DNA of 53,368 bases, taken from NCBI GenBank assembly GCA_036488495.1, contig DASXHM010000350.1, forward strand, positions 1-53,368. The letters are read 5' to 3'. Source of the DNA: Myxococcales bacterium. Lineage in GTDB: Bacteria; Myxococcota; Myxococcia; Myxococcales; 40CM-4-68-19. Positions 52,105-53,368 of this stretch are shown piece after piece. The position numbers and the translations under genes are program-made. The stretch's first letter is position 1. Each line of letters begins with the position of its first letter. The notes under the pieces are model-generated. The model did no database searches, was not told the origin of the DNA, and saw nothing but the letters and a program-made list of their open reading frames with translations.

Positions 52105-53250
52105 TCAGAACCCAGGCACGAGCTTGGCGATGATCTCCTTCATGATCTCGCTGGTGCCGCCGCCGATGGTGAGGAGCCGCGCATCGCGGAAGCTGCGGGC
52201 GATGGGGGTCTCCACGACGTAGCCCATTCCGCCGTGGAATTGCTGGCAGTCGTAGACCACCTTCTGCATCAGCTCCGACGAGAAGAGCTTCGCCATGCTG
52301 ATCTCTTTGACGGCCGGCTGCTTCTTGTCGAAGAGATCGGTCGCGCGGTAGGTGAGCCAGCGGGCCGCTTCGATGGCCGTCAGGTGCTCGGCAAACTTGT
52401 GCCGCCAGACCTGGAACTTGCCGAGCGGCTTTCCGAACGCGCTGCGCTCGCTGCCGTAGCGGAGCGCGTCCTCGATCATGAGCTGCATTCCGGCCACCGC
52501 TCCCAGCGCAGCCACTAGCCGCTCGCCCTGGAAGTTGGTCATCACGTAATAGAAGCCGTGGTTCTCCTCGCCGAGCAGGTAGCGCGCTGGCACCTTGCAG
52601 TCCTCGAAGAAGAGCAGGCCGGTGTCCGAGGAGAGATTGCCCACCTTGTCGAGCTTCTTCGATACTGAATATCCTTTGACGTCGGTGGGGAAGGTCATCA
52701 GCGAAACCCCGCCGTAGCCTTCGCCGCCGGTGCGGACCGCGAGGGTGATGAAGTCGGCGCGGGTGCCGTTCGTGATCCACATCTTGGCGCCGTTGACGAC
52801 GTAGTCGGAGCCGACTTTGCGCGCGGTGGTCTTGAGGTTCGCGACGTCGCTGCCGGCGTCGGGCTCGCTGATGCCGAGCGCTGCGATCTTTTCCCCTGCG
52901 AGAGCGGGAGCGAGGAATTCCTTCTTCTGCTCGTCGGTGCCGATCTCCTGGATGATGGGTGTCGCCATCTGCGACTGCACGAGGAGCGCCATGTTCACGC
53001 CCGCGTTGCGGCTCCGGCACAGCTCTTCGGCGAGGACCGCCACGTGCCAGTAGTCACCGCCCGCGCCGCCCACCTCCTCCGGGTAGTTGATGCCGAGGGC
53101 GCCGAGCTCGGCCATCTGGGTGAAGACCTCGCGCGGGAAGATGCCGGCCTCGTCCCATTCGAGCGCGTGCGGCAAGAGCTCTTTTTCGACGTACGCGCGG
53201 AGGTTCTGGCGGAAGAGATCGTGCTCGGGGCTGAAGGGCGCTTCGATCAA
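52105..53250 (-). CDS. acyl-CoA dehydrogenase
   Basis: 381 aa. '[11 protein letters not shown]', 'KMWITNG' and 'QFHGGMGY...[15 protein letters not shown]' are canonical ACAD blocks. Confidence 0.9.
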   Translation of the reverse strand: MIEAPFSPEHDLFRQNLRAYVEKELLPHALEWDEAGIFPREVFTQMAELGALGINYPEEVGGAGGDYWHVAVLAEELCRSRNAGVNMALLVQSQMATPIIQEIGTDEQKKEFLAPALAGEKIAALGISEPDAGSDVANLKTTARKVGSDYVVNGAKMWITNGTRADFITLAVRTGGEGYGGVSLMTFPTDVKGYSVSKKLDKVGNLSSDTGLLFFEDCKVPARYLLGEENHGFYYVMTNFQGERLVAALGAVAGMQLMIEDALRYGSERSAFGKPLGKFQVWRHKFAEHLTAIEAARWLTYRATDLFDKKQPAVKEISMAKLFSSELMQKVVYDCQQFHGGMGYVVETPIARSFRDARLLTIGGGTSEIMKEIIAKLVPGF

Positions 53251-53276
53251 CGCACGCCTCCTGAATGAGTGCTCAT

Positions 53277-53368
53277 TCAGAAGCGTAGCACGGCGCCCAG
53301 CACCGTGCCCGCGGTGAGCGCGGACCAGGTCACCGACGACACCAACGGACGCTCCATCTCGCCTGTCG
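53277..53368 (-). CDS. 3' end of a gene entering from the right edge (hydrophobic C-terminus), partial
   Basis: Own translation of the minus strand: ...[29 protein letters not shown], with TGA at 53277-53279, 26 nt upstream of the ACAD start. Too short to classify. Confidence 0.25.
   Translation of the reverse strand, partial: TGEMERPLVSSVTWSALTAGTVLGAVLRF

Noticed and set aside
51335-53020. 561-aa minus ORF
   Set aside because: It is chimeric. Only the last 252 codons (the PlsC-like acyltransferase, GTG 52093 with a good SD) are credible. The rest is a shadow frame of the acyl-CoA dehydrogenase gene.
1-53368. Search for tRNA/rRNA genes, transposases, integrases and prophage genes
   Set aside because: I saw no T-loop-like GGTTCGAATCC motif in a non-coding context. 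No IS, integrase or phage-like ORFs are present. No compositional break suggests an island.

Overview
Very GC-rich bacterial chromosomal segment with strong third-position GC bias. As a result the ORF track is full of long Arg/Pro/Ala-rich shadow ORFs. The gene content looks Myxococcota-like (inference only): many lipoproteins, several ECF sigma factors, hybrid histidine kinases, a TIGR02300 'FYDLN_acid'-type protein, and DUF4331/DUF1223/DUF420 genes. I call about 57 protein-coding genes. I saw no rRNA, tRNA, CRISPR array, transposase or integrase. Many starts are my own internal choices (signal peptides, family N-termini, 4-nt ATGA/GTGA stop-start overlaps) rather than the longest ORF.

Gene order:
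- boxB (with a probable boxC 3' end)
- fused ABC permease plus ATPase
- thyX
- two paralogous metallophosphoesterases flanking crcB and an alkyltransferase-like gene
- thioesterase, GST, trxC, ECF sigma and a GAF pseudo-kinase
- a TonB-receptor / Cys-rich lipoprotein / TPR / DUF4331 / beta-propeller cluster
- hybrid kinase, rhodanese, GNAT plus OPT transporter, aminopeptidase P
- SCO1-DUF420-ferredoxin operon, CrtI-like oxidoreductase, a second hybrid kinase
- an ECF sigma / anti-sigma / exported caspase-like operon
- HIT, MFS, DUF1223
- methyltransferase / PD-(D/E)xK / rnhA trio
- EcsC, ybeY, CheY-like regulator, PlsC-type acyltransferase, acyl-CoA dehydrogenase

Most interesting observations:
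1. A translationally coupled minus-strand operon (38.0-43.1 kb). It encodes an ECF sigma, an anti-sigma and a signal-peptide-bearing caspase-family protease fused to an outer-membrane beta-barrel-like C-terminus, bracketed by two paralogous lipoproteins.
2. A rhodanese gene interrupted by one in-frame TGA at the position of a conserved Cys, followed by a SECIS-like hairpin (selenoprotein candidate).
3. A methyltransferase / PD-(D/E)xK / RNase HI trio joined by ATGA overlaps.
4. A 13-nt core repeat (AAATCGTCTGAGA) present four times in-frame inside an MFS transporter loop and twice in a distant intergenic spacer.
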